DNA of 64,000 nt, taken from NCBI GenBank assembly GCA_027592325.1, contig JAQCKO010000002.1, positions 18,392 to 82,391 on the forward strand, written 5' to 3'. Positions 10,016 through 19,523 of this stretch are shown in pieces. Below the pieces are notes generated by a model. That model was not told the DNA's origin and did no database searches. It saw nothing but the letters and a program-made list of their open reading frames with translations. The first letter of the stretch is position 1. Every line of letters begins with the position of its first letter. Position numbers and translations under genes: made by a program. The stretch comes from a bacterium (GTDB taxonomy: Bacteria > Patescibacteriota > Patescibacteriia > UBA9934).

Positions 10016-10075
10016 ATATGGTTAGATTATCTGTTCCCATGGTAGCATGAAACTACCGTTTACATAGGGGGAAAC

Positions 10076-10594
10076 TTGCAAAACCACATTCGGACGCATC
10101 CTTGCGTTCGCAGGTTGCGCTCCCTGTGTGATCAGGGGGCGCTTTCGTTTGAATGGAATCGTAAGTGGGTCGAGCCTGCCATCACCATCCTTAGTCCGCT
10201 TTTTGAATCGTTTACTGTTGCGCACTACCGTGACATGACGCGAGGGATCAATCTCTTCGACCGAGATCGATTGCTTGTGTTCACGCTGCGCAACTACCAT
10301 TCGGATCGCGCGGCGCGGCTCAAGACGTGGTTACGCAAAAGGCTGCAGCAATGCGGCAAGGCCGATATGAAAGATGATCAATTTGAGTGCCTGCTGGTGC
10401 TCGCAATGATGATCTTCCCGACCGTGGCGGAGTTGCCGCCTATTGCAGGTCGTCCGGTTCTTGCAGTGGTGAATACACCACGGCGAAATGATCCGGGGCA
10501 TGATCAAGCGCATGCGGACTGGGTACGCAGCCGAATCGTCCCAGCGCCACCGCCGCCGCCAAGCGCGCCGCGGCTTCGTCTCATCGACGGCTAG
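10076..10594 (+). other. Questionable ORF inside a GC-rich (about 55-65% GC) anomalous segment at 10020-10740; possible foreign gene remnant or structured RNA
   Basis: 172-aa ORF ending in a PPPPPSAPRLR tract; composition differs sharply from the about 47% GC flanks; no motif recognised. Confidence 0.15.
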
Positions 10595-10743
10595 CGCTCG
10601 GCACCAGCCGTCGCTCGTCTCTTCTCTCTCAGAGGTCCTTCACGGGCCTCTTTCGTTTTGTGGGCAGTAGACTGCAGAAGGGAGAAAGGTCGGAAGTCAC
10701 AGGGTTGTAGGTTGTGGGCGGGAGGTGATAGGCTTTTGTCGGT

Positions 10744-11715
10744 ATGAAAAAACAACAACTCCTCATTATTCTTGGTCCAACGGCTTCTGGAAAGTCGTCG
10801 CTTGGGATTGAACTCGCCAAGGAATTTGATGGGGAGATCATTTCTGCTGATTCACGAACCATTTTTCGTGAAATGCGTATTGGAACAGCAAAGCCTGAAC
10901 GAGATGCTCCTTCACCAATAACTGAGTTACCTGATAGTAAACCAGTGAAGCGTTCAATTATGGATCTGTTCTCATCAAAGCCGTATCTGGTCGAAGAGAT
11001 CCCACATTATGGATTCGACCTCGTGAACCCGGATGAAGATTTTACCGCGGCAGATTTTAAGGCATTTGCCGTAAACGTAATTAACGATATAGTCTCGCGT
11101 GGAAAGCTTCCAATTATTGTAGGCGGGACAGGTTTGTATATTTCAGCTTTGGTTGATAATTTGCAATTCACCGATGCGCCGCCGAATGAAGAATGGCGTC
11201 AGGCGCAGGAGGAAATTTCAACGGTAAAATTGTATGAGCGGCTGCAGAAATTTGATCGCGCAGGGGCAGAGGAGATCGACAGTCAGAATCGGCGTCGCGT
11301 TTTACGCGCCCTTGAAATCGTCGAAACAACAGGGAGAAAATTATCAGATCAACAGACAAAAGGAGAAGAAAAATTCGATAGCTTGATGATTGGTGTCGAT
11401 AGGTCGCGTGAAGAGCTTTATGAACGCATTGAACTGCGTGTTGATGAAATGGTGGCGCATGGGCTGGTTGATGAAGTACGCGCTTTACGGGCGAAATATG
11501 GCGCTGATGTCAATGCGATGACAGGAATCGGCTACCGGCAAATAGGTCAGTTTTTAGATGGATATTTGAAACTTCGAGATACAATTGATCTTATTAAACG
11601 CGATACACGCCGCTATGCAAAACGGCAGCTTACCTGGTTCAGGCGTGATAACCGGATTGTGTGGTTACGGCCCGAGGAGGTTGCTGAGCGTGTGAGAAAT
11701 TGGATTGATGGATAG
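10744..11715 (+). CDS. miaA: tRNA dimethylallyltransferase
   Basis: N-terminal P-loop ILGPTASGKSSLGIELA plus SADSRTIFREMRIGTAKP, typical of MiaA; 323 aa. Confidence 0.85.
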   Translation: MKKQQLLIILGPTASGKSSLGIELAKEFDGEIISADSRTIFREMRIGTAKPERDAPSPITELPDSKPVKRSIMDLFSSKPYLVEEIPHYGFDLVNPDEDFTAADFKAFAVNVINDIVSRGKLPIIVGGTGLYISALVDNLQFTDAPPNEEWRQAQEEISTVKLYERLQKFDRAGAEEIDSQNRRRVLRALEIVETTGRKLSDQQTKGEEKFDSLMIGVDRSREELYERIELRVDEMVAHGLVDEVRALRAKYGADVNAMTGIGYRQIGQFLDGYLKLRDTIDLIKRDTRRYAKRQLTWFRRDNRIVWLRPEEVAERVRNWIDG

Positions 11716-11726
11716 AATGGAGAATA

Positions 11727-11762
11727 TATAAAACGGACCCGATTGGTCCGTTTTATATATTT
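11727..11762. terminator. Bidirectional rho-independent terminator between miaA (+) and gatB (-)
   Basis: aaaacggacc-cgatt-ggtccgtttt hairpin with A/T runs on both sides. Confidence 0.6.
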
Positions 11763-11785
11763 ATCTTCTCTGGATCGCCCACATA

Positions 11786-13300
11786 CTAATCTTTTAGACG
11801 TTGATGAATAATTCTAGAGGCAATCGCGGGGTCGGCGTTTCCGCGGGTTTCTTTCATGATCTGCCCGATAAACCATTGTATAAGCTTTTTCTCCCCGCCT
11901 TTGAAACGTTCTACTTCACTCGGGTTCGCTTTGATAATCGATTCGAGAATAGTAAGGAGAGCATCAGCATCGTCTACACGACTTGCACCAAGATCGTCCA
12001 TAGCATGACTTGGATCGCTTCCATCGTCGAGCATTTTGCCAAGCACCTTGAGTCCGCTTTGACCGGTCAGCTTTCCATCGGCAAGCAGCGTAATGAACTC
12101 GGCAAAATTCTCTGGTGAAATCTTCATGATGCGAATGTCGATCTTTCGCTCGACGAGGAGTCCGGTAAGTTTACTAAGTAGCCATCCTGAAACAAGTTTG
12201 GTGAGTTTATTGCGGGCCATTTCGCTTTCGTCCGGGTCGATGTCGGGACGCGCCTGCAGCCATGCCTGAAGCTCGCTCAGGCTCTGTTCGGCGAAGTCTG
12301 AGAGTGCTGGGTCTTCAATGAGTTGCTTTGCATCGCTTGGTTTGAATCCGTATTCATCGATAAAGCGTGCACGTTTAGCACGTGGGAGTTCTGGAAGTGT
12401 ATTTTTGAGTTCATCTGAAAGATCAGCGAGTTCCATTGGAGGAATATCTGGTTCTGGAAAATAGCGGTAGTCAGCTGAATCTTCTTTTTCGCGCTGATCT
12501 TCCGTCACTTGCTTTGCATCATTCCATCCGCGCGTTGTGGTGATTTGTGGAATTTGACCTTGTTCCCATAGTCGTGTCTGACGTTTGATTTCGTATTCAA
12601 TGGCTCGTTCAACTGCCTTGAATGAGTTTACATTCTTAATTTCAGTTTTTGGGTTTAGGTGCGGGCTCACGGGCTTGCCGTCTTCAGCAATTTCACGTAG
12701 CGAAATATTCACATCACAGCGTAGATGACCTTTTTCCATATCGCCATCTGAAACACCGAGCGTGCGCGCAATGAGGCGCAGTTCTTGCATATAGGCCTTT
12801 GCTTCTGCTGCCGTTCGAAAATCTGGCTTTGTGACAATTTCGCAAAGTGGCGTTCCTCCGCGATTATAATCGACATAGGTTTTCCCGTCGCCACCGTGAA
12901 TATTCTTGGCGGCATCTTCCTCAAGGTGAAGGCGCTCGATTCGGATACGAACCGGGTCTTTTACCCCTGGGACATCAAGGTCTAGATGTCCATCTTGCAT
13001 GATTGGCAAATCGAATTGCGAAATTTGGTATGCCTTTGGGAGGTCTGGGTAAAAATAATGTTTACGGTCAAATTTTGAATGTGGCGTTATTGTCCCGCGA
13101 AGGGCGAGTCCGAGTAAAATCGCCCAGCGAACAGCTTGTTCGTTTGGAATAGGAAGAACGCCCGGATGCCCAACGCATACAGGGCAGATCACACTATTTG
13201 GTGAGCTATCGTCGGCATCATTTTTGCAACGACAAAAGAGCTTTGACTTTGTTTTAAGTTGAATGTGGGTTTCAAGCCCAATGACAGGTTCAAGTCGCAT
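11786..13300 (-). CDS. gatB: Aspartyl/glutamyl-tRNA(Asn/Gln) amidotransferase subunit B
   Basis: 504 aa; N-terminus MRLEPVIGLETHIQLKTKSKLFC...PVCVGHPGVLP is the canonical GatB start. Confidence 0.9.
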   Translation of the reverse strand: MRLEPVIGLETHIQLKTKSKLFCRCKNDADDSSPNSVICPVCVGHPGVLPIPNEQAVRWAILLGLALRGTITPHSKFDRKHYFYPDLPKAYQISQFDLPIMQDGHLDLDVPGVKDPVRIRIERLHLEEDAAKNIHGGDGKTYVDYNRGGTPLCEIVTKPDFRTAAEAKAYMQELRLIARTLGVSDGDMEKGHLRCDVNISLREIAEDGKPVSPHLNPKTEIKNVNSFKAVERAIEYEIKRQTRLWEQGQIPQITTTRGWNDAKQVTEDQREKEDSADYRYFPEPDIPPMELADLSDELKNTLPELPRAKRARFIDEYGFKPSDAKQLIEDPALSDFAEQSLSELQAWLQARPDIDPDESEMARNKLTKLVSGWLLSKLTGLLVERKIDIRIMKISPENFAEFITLLADGKLTGQSGLKVLGKMLDDGSDPSHAMDDLGASRVDDADALLTILESIIKANPSEVERFKGGEKKLIQWFIGQIMKETRGNADPAIASRIIHQRLKD

Positions 13301-13340
13301 AGAATGCTCCGACCTTATAAGATTTCACACGTTGTTGCAA

Positions 13341-14213
13341 CTATGACTGTTTTTCAAGGCTGTCGAATAGAAGTGCATCAGCGAGATAAATGAGGGGCCC
13401 GGTAAAAAGGATAAGTATGAAACCGAGAATGAATCCTACATAGATATTTAGCTGTATGGCGGCAGGATTTCCAGATGAAATACCCTCAAGAAGCGCAAAG
13501 CTAAACAGTGCTTGAATGACAATAACGGCAAATGCAGCTGTCAGTCCAATAAGCAATTTGGGAATAAAAATACGTCCAAAGATCGCCCAAAATTGTCCGC
13601 GTATTTTTGTACGGAGGTATTTCATTGAGGCAATGACCGTCTGGTTATTTGCAAGAACAACGAATTCGGTGAGTTGGACAATTGTCGATACCCACAATAA
13701 ATAGACAAGCGCAGCAATGACAGACAGCACAATATAGGCAATGCCAACAAGACTCAAAAGGGGAATTTTCGCAGTGTCTGCATTAACTACGAGCAAAATG
13801 ATTCCAGGAACAAAGACGAGAATCACGGGAATCGCAACTAACAAAAATTTGACCAATCCCGTAATAAGTAATTGTAGATATTCTTTTGCGGTGAGGACAA
13901 GCTTTTTCGGGGCAGTACCACGAACCAGGCCAAGAGAAAGATGAATGGTCAGGCCAACTCCAATAACAGTGATAAGTGGTCCAACAATGACACCACCGAG
14001 AATATCGAGGATAAATCGAATCGTTCCTTGTCCAGTGAGAAAATTGGTTTCACCGAGAGAGGCTGTCGGAGCGATGATTTCGCCGATGACAGAAAAAAGC
14101 ATCGGGACGGAAAATAGACAAGCAATAAGGGTTAGGCGCTTGATATTTGCTTTATAGAGTGTCCAAGCACCGTGTAATTGGTCGCTCACAGAAATGAGAG
14201 AATATTTTGGCAT
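13341..14213 (-). CDS. Hypothetical polytopic membrane protein (about 290 aa)
   Basis: Multiple hydrophobic segments. The track ORF extends to 14360 and overlaps tmk; the internal ATG at 14213 (MPKYSLISVSDQ) removes the overlap. Confidence 0.5.
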   Translation of the reverse strand: MPKYSLISVSDQLHGAWTLYKANIKRLTLIACLFSVPMLFSVIGEIIAPTASLGETNFLTGQGTIRFILDILGGVIVGPLITVIGVGLTIHLSLGLVRGTAPKKLVLTAKEYLQLLITGLVKFLLVAIPVILVFVPGIILLVVNADTAKIPLLSLVGIAYIVLSVIAALVYLLWVSTIVQLTEFVVLANNQTVIASMKYLRTKIRGQFWAIFGRIFIPKLLIGLTAAFAVIVIQALFSFALLEGISSGNPAAIQLNIYVGFILGFILILFTGPLIYLADALLFDSLEKQS

Positions 14214-14235
14214 AGTTAGCAATATTATACGTTGA

Positions 14236-14904
14236 TTATGTGAGGAATGAAAGGGTTGCGTTCCAAATACGTGCATGAATCTGATTTCGCGAGAGAAGCT
14301 GATTATCTTCCACGCATTCAATACGCTGGAATGTTTCAAACCGAGCGGTAAGTTCCCCATACGTTTCGAAGGCGGCTTTTAAGTGATCTTTATCAGATTC
14401 GTGAATATCGTCTTTGAGATCACCTTTTTTCCCCGCTTCTTGTTTCATTTTCCATGAGAAGGCAAAGGGTACATGCAAGACAAAATTCACATCAGGACGC
14501 GGTATACCCATGATTTCATGTTCAAAGTGATCGTTCCAGACATAAAATGCATCTCGTTCTTCCGGGGTCATTTTTGATCCTTGATGAGCAAGATTTGATC
14601 CAACATAGCGATCGGCGACCACGCATTTGCCAGCGGCAAGCCATGCACGAATTTGCATTGAAGCATCAAATCGATCAATGGCATAGAGAACAGACGCCTG
14701 TTTTGCACTTACATCATTTGCATGTCCGTATTTTCCTTCAAGGTAATTTTCAACCATGCCAGCACTCTTTGCTTTATATTGCGGAAACGAGATGATTTCG
14801 GTTGTGTATCCTTCTGTTTTTAGACGAGTAACAAGAAGATTCGTTTGCGTGGCTTTTCCCGACCCGTCTGTACCGTCAATGACAATGAATGTCCCTTTTC
14901 GCAT
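14236..14904 (-). CDS. tmk: Thymidylate kinase
   Basis: MRKGTFIVIDGTDGSGKATQ P-loop start at 14904, 1 nt after the dut stop; the track ORF extends further upstream into dut. Confidence 0.8.
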   Translation of the reverse strand: MRKGTFIVIDGTDGSGKATQTNLLVTRLKTEGYTTEIISFPQYKAKSAGMVENYLEGKYGHANDVSAKQASVLYAIDRFDASMQIRAWLAAGKCVVADRYVGSNLAHQGSKMTPEERDAFYVWNDHFEHEIMGIPRPDVNFVLHVPFAFSWKMKQEAGKKGDLKDDIHESDKDHLKAAFETYGELTARFETFQRIECVEDNQLLSRNQIHARIWNATLSFLT

Positions 14905-14905
14905 A

Positions 14906-15340
14906 TTACATGCCAGTTGAGCCGTGACCGCCTCGGTTATCCTGTTCAAGATACGAAACTTCTTTGAAGGTGGCATGAGTGACAGGCAAGATGACTCCCT
15001 GTGCAATACGATCTCCTTTTTTTAAGTGAACAGCTTCTGTTCGCAAATTCTGCACAACGATGAATATTTCATCATCATTCCCACAGAAATCCTCATCAAT
15101 GACACCAATGCTATTTGCAAGGTTCACACCTTTTTTGATTGGACTCGATGCTCGAGACGCGACAATGAGTACATGTCCCGCGGGAATTTGCATGGCAAGA
15201 CCTGTTTGAATAGGAATCATCTCACCAGGTTGTATGGTGACATCATCAATTAGGTGAAAATCAAATCCTGCTGCACCAGAACTTTGATACTCTGGAATAA
15301 CCGCGTTGATGTGAACTTTTCGTATAAGAACTTCCTTCAT
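14906..15340 (-). CDS. dut: dUTP diphosphatase
   Basis: 144 aa; dUTPase motifs (AGFDFH, GVIDEDFCG, C-terminal RGGHGSTG). Confidence 0.85.
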   Translation of the reverse strand: MKEVLIRKVHINAVIPEYQSSGAAGFDFHLIDDVTIQPGEMIPIQTGLAMQIPAGHVLIVASRASSPIKKGVNLANSIGVIDEDFCGNDDEIFIVVQNLRTEAVHLKKGDRIAQGVILPVTHATFKEVSYLEQDNRGGHGSTGM

Positions 15341-15762
15341 ATACGTGCAGTTTACGGTCTACGAAACAAGCTGTCCACATTCGCATGCTTGCGCAGTGGG
15401 GAAAATTTGTTAGGGTGAATCTAGACCTATGAGGAGGATGTGTCCCATGCTTGCACATCCTTTTTCGTTTGGGCCGCTTTCTGAACATTTACTTTGCCAG
15501 TTCCTTCCTGGTTCCCGTTGCAACGATAGGGTCCTTCATCGGAATAGCGCTATTATTCCTTCTTGGCTCTCAATCTTTTTGCTCGAAACCATTTGCATCT
15601 GTCAGAGTATATGTCTTCGAACGACCTATAAGGAGTATGCTGCGGGAATCAAATCGAGCGATGTCACCGGCTGAAGACAGGCGTACGTACTGGTACGTTG
15701 AACGAGGACCGGGGATTAGATCTGGTAGATGAGGTAAGATGTGCAATCACTAATAACAACGT

Positions 15763-17583
15763 ATGAACGAAACGAATTGGATTCAAACTCACAAAGACGA
15801 TCGCTGCGTTGTTTTTAAACACGCCACAACCGGTGAGGAACATGTTTGCGTAGGCGACGGACATACACTTCCGTATAGACAATTCATTGAGCGAAGTGTT
15901 TTTGAAATGGCTAAGCCATTTTTTCTTTCACCTGAAAGTAATATTACGGCCGTAGATGGGCGCAAACTTTCAGGGTTGATTGGAGCCATGCTTGCGCGCC
16001 AAAGTCGTGCACCAGGAACGACGATTGACGTTCTAGTGAACGAATTTTTAGTTACAACCGAAGATGAGGCAAGGGAACTTGGCGTGCCAGTCGGTGGGCT
16101 TCGTGAAGGGAAGCTCGATGCGCTCATTGAACGCATTTTGATTCAGTATGGGGACGATTCCGTGCAAGAGCTTGAAAGTGCAACGGTCCTTTTTAATTCC
16201 GTTTCAAACCTCACAGCGAAAATGGTTGAGGACCGACGGCTTGGGGCGTATATCGAGCAGTCAAGCCGATATGTGCTCTATACCGAGAAAGATCCCGTCA
16301 CCGATAATTGGTATTACTATCGCGATCAGAACATTCTTTCTTCACCGCTTGGGAGTCGTTATGTAGAAGTTCTCGACAAGTGTTTTCAGCTGTATAGCGA
16401 TTTGGCCGATCAGCTGCAGGATTACTATCGAACGCTCAAGCCACTCAGTGAGGTTGAGTACGCGATTAAGCCGAATGATGAGGCTAAGTACAAATACCAT
16501 GAGCTTGAGGATGACCGGCAGCGCAAAGCATTCAAGCGCTCGTACACCTTTGATATTCGTACGCGAGCCTGCGATACAGCACGCATTATGCTTCCGGCTG
16601 CGACACTTACGAATCTTGCGATGGTGGCGAATGGGCGCACGTTTGAGCATCTTCTCAAGCGTCTGTATTCTTCTGGACGTCCAGAATTCATCGATGTTGG
16701 GAATCGTTTACATGACACGCTTAACCGGGTGATTCCAAAATATGTAAAGCGTGCTGATCGTGCTGGCGTGAAATTTTGGCAAGACGTTGATGCGAATATT
16801 CGCGAGGACCTCGCAGAGTATTTACCGGAATGTAATCGCTGGAGTGGGGCGATGGAAGAGGTGCGTATTCACGAGATTCCGCGGCTTATTTCGAAGCATC
16901 GCGCTTCTGTTGAGCATCTTCTAGCAGCGATATATTTTCCTTATGCGAAATGTGATTATGAAGCACTGGTGCATCGTCTGAGTAAAACAGGAGATATGAA
17001 GTTGATGGATTTACTTCGCCGCGCCGTAGGAGAGCGTAGTGGCCGGCGTGATCGTTCTCCGAGAGGATTCGAACATGGATACGATGTCACTGTAGAGGTA
17101 GTTGCAGATTTTGGCGTATTCCGCGACCTGCATCGTCATCGCATGTGTACGCTTCAGTGGCAAAGGCCAACACCGCATCTTGGATTTGAAATCTCAGACG
17201 ATATTGTGCAGATTGGTATGGATGGTCGGTGTCGTGAAGTTGAGCGTGAAGTACGTAAGCTTTACGATCAGCTAACCGAAACGCTTGGGGAGCAATATGC
17301 TGAGTATGTGGTGCTCTTTGGACATAATATTCGTTTCATGATTGGCATGAATCTACGCGAAGCGCAGCATATGCTTGAAATTCGCAGCATTATGCAAGGG
17401 CATCCGAATTACCGCCGCGTTGCGCAAAAGATTCACGACGAGATTCGCAAGGCGGCTCCATGGATTGATGCAACCGATCTTCTCAAATTTGTTGATCACA
17501 ATCAGTATCACTGGGCGCGCTCAGATGCTGAGGCTCGGCAAAGTCAGAAGGCCATTGAACTCGGACTCGATATCGAAGTGTAG
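15763..17583 (+). CDS. thyX: Putative flavin-dependent thymidylate synthase, double-length (tandem/fused ThyX-like)
   Basis: 606 aa. Second half has FRDLHRHR (ThyX RHR motif) and MNLREAQHMLEIR matching the ThyX NLRxxxHxxxEI motif; first half has ARQSR and VANGRTFEHLLKRL echoes. Sits divergent to dut-tmk and beside dcd. Confidence 0.45.
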   Translation: MNETNWIQTHKDDRCVVFKHATTGEEHVCVGDGHTLPYRQFIERSVFEMAKPFFLSPESNITAVDGRKLSGLIGAMLARQSRAPGTTIDVLVNEFLVTTEDEARELGVPVGGLREGKLDALIERILIQYGDDSVQELESATVLFNSVSNLTAKMVEDRRLGAYIEQSSRYVLYTEKDPVTDNWYYYRDQNILSSPLGSRYVEVLDKCFQLYSDLADQLQDYYRTLKPLSEVEYAIKPNDEAKYKYHELEDDRQRKAFKRSYTFDIRTRACDTARIMLPAATLTNLAMVANGRTFEHLLKRLYSSGRPEFIDVGNRLHDTLNRVIPKYVKRADRAGVKFWQDVDANIREDLAEYLPECNRWSGAMEEVRIHEIPRLISKHRASVEHLLAAIYFPYAKCDYEALVHRLSKTGDMKLMDLLRRAVGERSGRRDRSPRGFEHGYDVTVEVVADFGVFRDLHRHRMCTLQWQRPTPHLGFEISDDIVQIGMDGRCREVEREVRKLYDQLTETLGEQYAEYVVLFGHNIRFMIGMNLREAQHMLEIRSIMQGHPNYRRVAQKIHDEIRKAAPWIDATDLLKFVDHNQYHWARSDAEARQSQKAIELGLDIEV

Positions 17584-17596
17584 AAAATAGAAAGAC

Positions 17597-17628
17597 CAAA
17601 AACGGGTCAATCGCCCGTTTTTTTGGTT
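17597..17628 (+). terminator. Rho-independent terminator downstream of thyX-like gene
   Basis: aaaacgggtcaatcgcccgttttttt. Confidence 0.6.
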
Positions 17629-17674
17629 TGACAAATTCATCTCGTCATGATCGAATATGCTCAGGAGGTGCCCG

Positions 17675-17947
17675 ATGAACAAGTCCTCGTTTTCGCCGTC
17701 CGTTTGCTTTGTTCGGTTGATGGGATGCGTGCTCTTTGTTGTCTGTGTACTGACGGCAGGTGTTTCTGGCTATGCAGCCTATGGAATTATTGTGGATGGT
17801 AAGTTGGTACTGGGCATCTGGTTCACTCTGGTGAGCTTGCTGTTTATTTCGATCGCCTTGATGGTCGGATCTGCACTCGGTAACAAGGAAGCGATCGAGA
17901 GCATTGCCCGAGAGGATGCGAACCATGCAGAAGAAGACTATTACTAG
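17675..17947 (+). CDS. Small hypothetical membrane protein (2 TM)
   Basis: AGGAGG 7 nt upstream of the ATG at 17675 (the track ORF begins at 17657); two hydrophobic helices. Confidence 0.4.
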   Translation: MNKSSFSPSVCFVRLMGCVLFVVCVLTAGVSGYAAYGIIVDGKLVLGIWFTLVSLLFISIALMVGSALGNKEAIESIAREDANHAEEDYY

Positions 17948-18010
17948 CGGCTGTGCTCGCTGTGGCGCTCCCTCGTGGAGCGCTTTCGCTATTCGTCATT
18001 TCTGCGCAGC

Positions 18011-18100
18011 GGTGGCAGCCAAGGCAGAGCCTGGTCCGGCCTGCCCGGCTCTGCCTTGGCTCCGCCGGAGAATCCAACGAATCGTAGAAGACGTTCGGTA
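18011..18100. repeat. Copy of dispersed repeat (module A hairpin ggcagagcc-tggtccggcctgcccgg-ctctgcc plus flank)
   Basis: Matches 1550-1581 (inverted) and 9093-9150. Confidence 0.7.
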
Positions 18101-18186
18101 GATGGTGAAAGAGTAAGATTGATGAAATCCTTTGATCTTTCGAGATGATGATCGGTCCAACAATATCTCGATTGATCATTCGTATA

Positions 18187-19293
18187 TCACCCCATCTTAA
18201 AATGCTTCGAAAGCCGTGGTCCGCTTTGATTATAGTAATTACTTGAAAGACTGGCATCTCCGTAAGCAATTTCTGCAGGTGCGGAAAGATGTTCAAAAAT
18301 CATTTGGCAAATTGGCTGCCCATCACGAAGAATAAAGTCGTGATCATGCGTGAAGATTTCAAGAACACCTGGTGTTCCGGCTGTATTATTCTGCGCGCCG
18401 CCCCAGCCTGGATCGAAAAATCCGGCATAATGCGAGCGAAACTCGCCCTTGGTTTCATCGTAGGCAAGCATTTCGGCCGCCGCATTATTTGGAACGCGGA
18501 GGTATTCTTTGGTGACAAAAATGTAGAATTCACCTTTTTTCATGATGAATTGCCCGTTTTGAGGACGATGAATAGGCTCGAAAAAATCGAGCGCTTTATG
18601 ATCGCGCGCACTATAATCAAGCACCTTGGTGGTCGTTGGTGAGCATTTATACCCAACAATTTCGCTACTCGTAAGGTCGATACTCATTGGGATGCCGTTT
18701 CGGGTAATCATTTCTGGTAGAGGAAGTTTTGCACCTTCAAGAGAACGCAACAGTCCATGCTCCATATCTGCTTGACGATAGTCTGCTTCAGTATATGTGC
18801 GATCGCAGGTAAAGAATCGTATTTGATTCAGACGCTCACCATACCCAAGCTTCACCGGAAACGATTTTGGAATCACTTCAAGCCAAAGCTCTCCTTTATA
18901 CCTACGTGGTACACGGTCGAACGATGGCGCGCCACTGACAATCAGGCGGGTTTGAAGATTAATGCGGCCTGAAGAAGATTTATTATTTGTTCTTGCATGA
19001 ACAAAATCGGGGAGGTCTAATGATTCATTCAGCCGGATCCAGTAAATCCCATTCAGCTCAAGCGGCTGCGCTAAGCTCACAGGGAAGAGCATTCCTGACT
19101 TTAATAGCTCACGCGCATTCTCACCTTGGCGTGGCAAAAAACTTCCGCGCATGCGGTAAATTTCGCCTGAAATTGATAAGTCGAGGGAGGATGGCTGTAA
19201 ATGCTCCTCCACAGCATTTAGGACAAATCCCTCTCGGATGAGCTCGCGAATATGCTGAAACGCCAGCGCTCCGGAATTTGCCTGAATTGTCAT
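18187..19293 (-). CDS. dcd: Putative long-form dCTP deaminase (dUTPase-fold, about 370-aa DCD family)
   Basis: NKSSSGRINL matches the Dcd GRSSLARLGL motif and FFDPGWGGAQ matches Dcd IDPGWSG; lies in the dUMP/dTMP gene neighbourhood. Confidence 0.5.
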   Translation of the reverse strand: MTIQANSGALAFQHIRELIREGFVLNAVEEHLQPSSLDLSISGEIYRMRGSFLPRQGENARELLKSGMLFPVSLAQPLELNGIYWIRLNESLDLPDFVHARTNNKSSSGRINLQTRLIVSGAPSFDRVPRRYKGELWLEVIPKSFPVKLGYGERLNQIRFFTCDRTYTEADYRQADMEHGLLRSLEGAKLPLPEMITRNGIPMSIDLTSSEIVGYKCSPTTTKVLDYSARDHKALDFFEPIHRPQNGQFIMKKGEFYIFVTKEYLRVPNNAAAEMLAYDETKGEFRSHYAGFFDPGWGGAQNNTAGTPGVLEIFTHDHDFILRDGQPICQMIFEHLSAPAEIAYGDASLSSNYYNQSGPRLSKHFKMG

Positions 19294-19316
19294 AATGTGG
19301 CCATTTTATCAAAGCT

Positions 19317-19347
19317 GCGAGCTATTAGCTAGTAGCTAATAGCTCGC
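19317..19347. promoter_or_regulatory. 31-bp perfect palindrome (15-1-15) over the dcd promoter region; candidate operator
   Basis: gcgagctattagcta-g-tagctaatagctcgc, 24 bp upstream of the dcd ATG; no adjacent T-tract and no gene ends here, so it is not an obvious terminator. Confidence 0.4.
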
Positions 19348-19409
19348 GTTTGTCGAATTGTGGACAGCTAGTAGATTATATGGTCAGATGAAAGGGAAGG
19401 GGGTGCAGA

Positions 19410-19523
19410 TTGAAGACTGATCCGATCATAATCCTGGGAGGCGCTGTCATTTTTGGTCTCGTGTTTGCTGCTCTGCTCGGGCGGCTTCAGGGGCCGGGTG
19501 GTGCTCAGACTAAGGAGAAGTGA
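19410..19523 (+). CDS. Unannotated small hydrophobic peptide (37 aa, TTG start)
   Basis: Reads (M)KTDPIIILGGAVIFGLVFAALLGRLQGPGGAQTKEK; G-rich SD-like agggaaggggg upstream; its stop TGA overlaps the ATG of the next small ORF (TGATGG). Confidence 0.3.
   Translation: MKTDPIIILGGAVIFGLVFAALLGRLQGPGGAQTKEK

Noticed and set aside
10022-10300. 92-aa minus-strand ORF in the GC-rich segment
   Set aside because: No start context or motif; it overlaps the equally doubtful + ORF; recorded only as part of the anomalous region
13341-14360. Long version of the membrane-protein ORF overlapping tmk by 125 bp
   Set aside because: The internal ATG at 14213 gives a non-overlapping gene and the upstream extension has no hydrophobic or conserved character
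17049-17070. GGATTCGAAC string resembling a tRNA T-arm
   Set aside because: It lies within the thyX-like coding frame and has no acceptor, D or anticodon arm context, so it is not a tRNA
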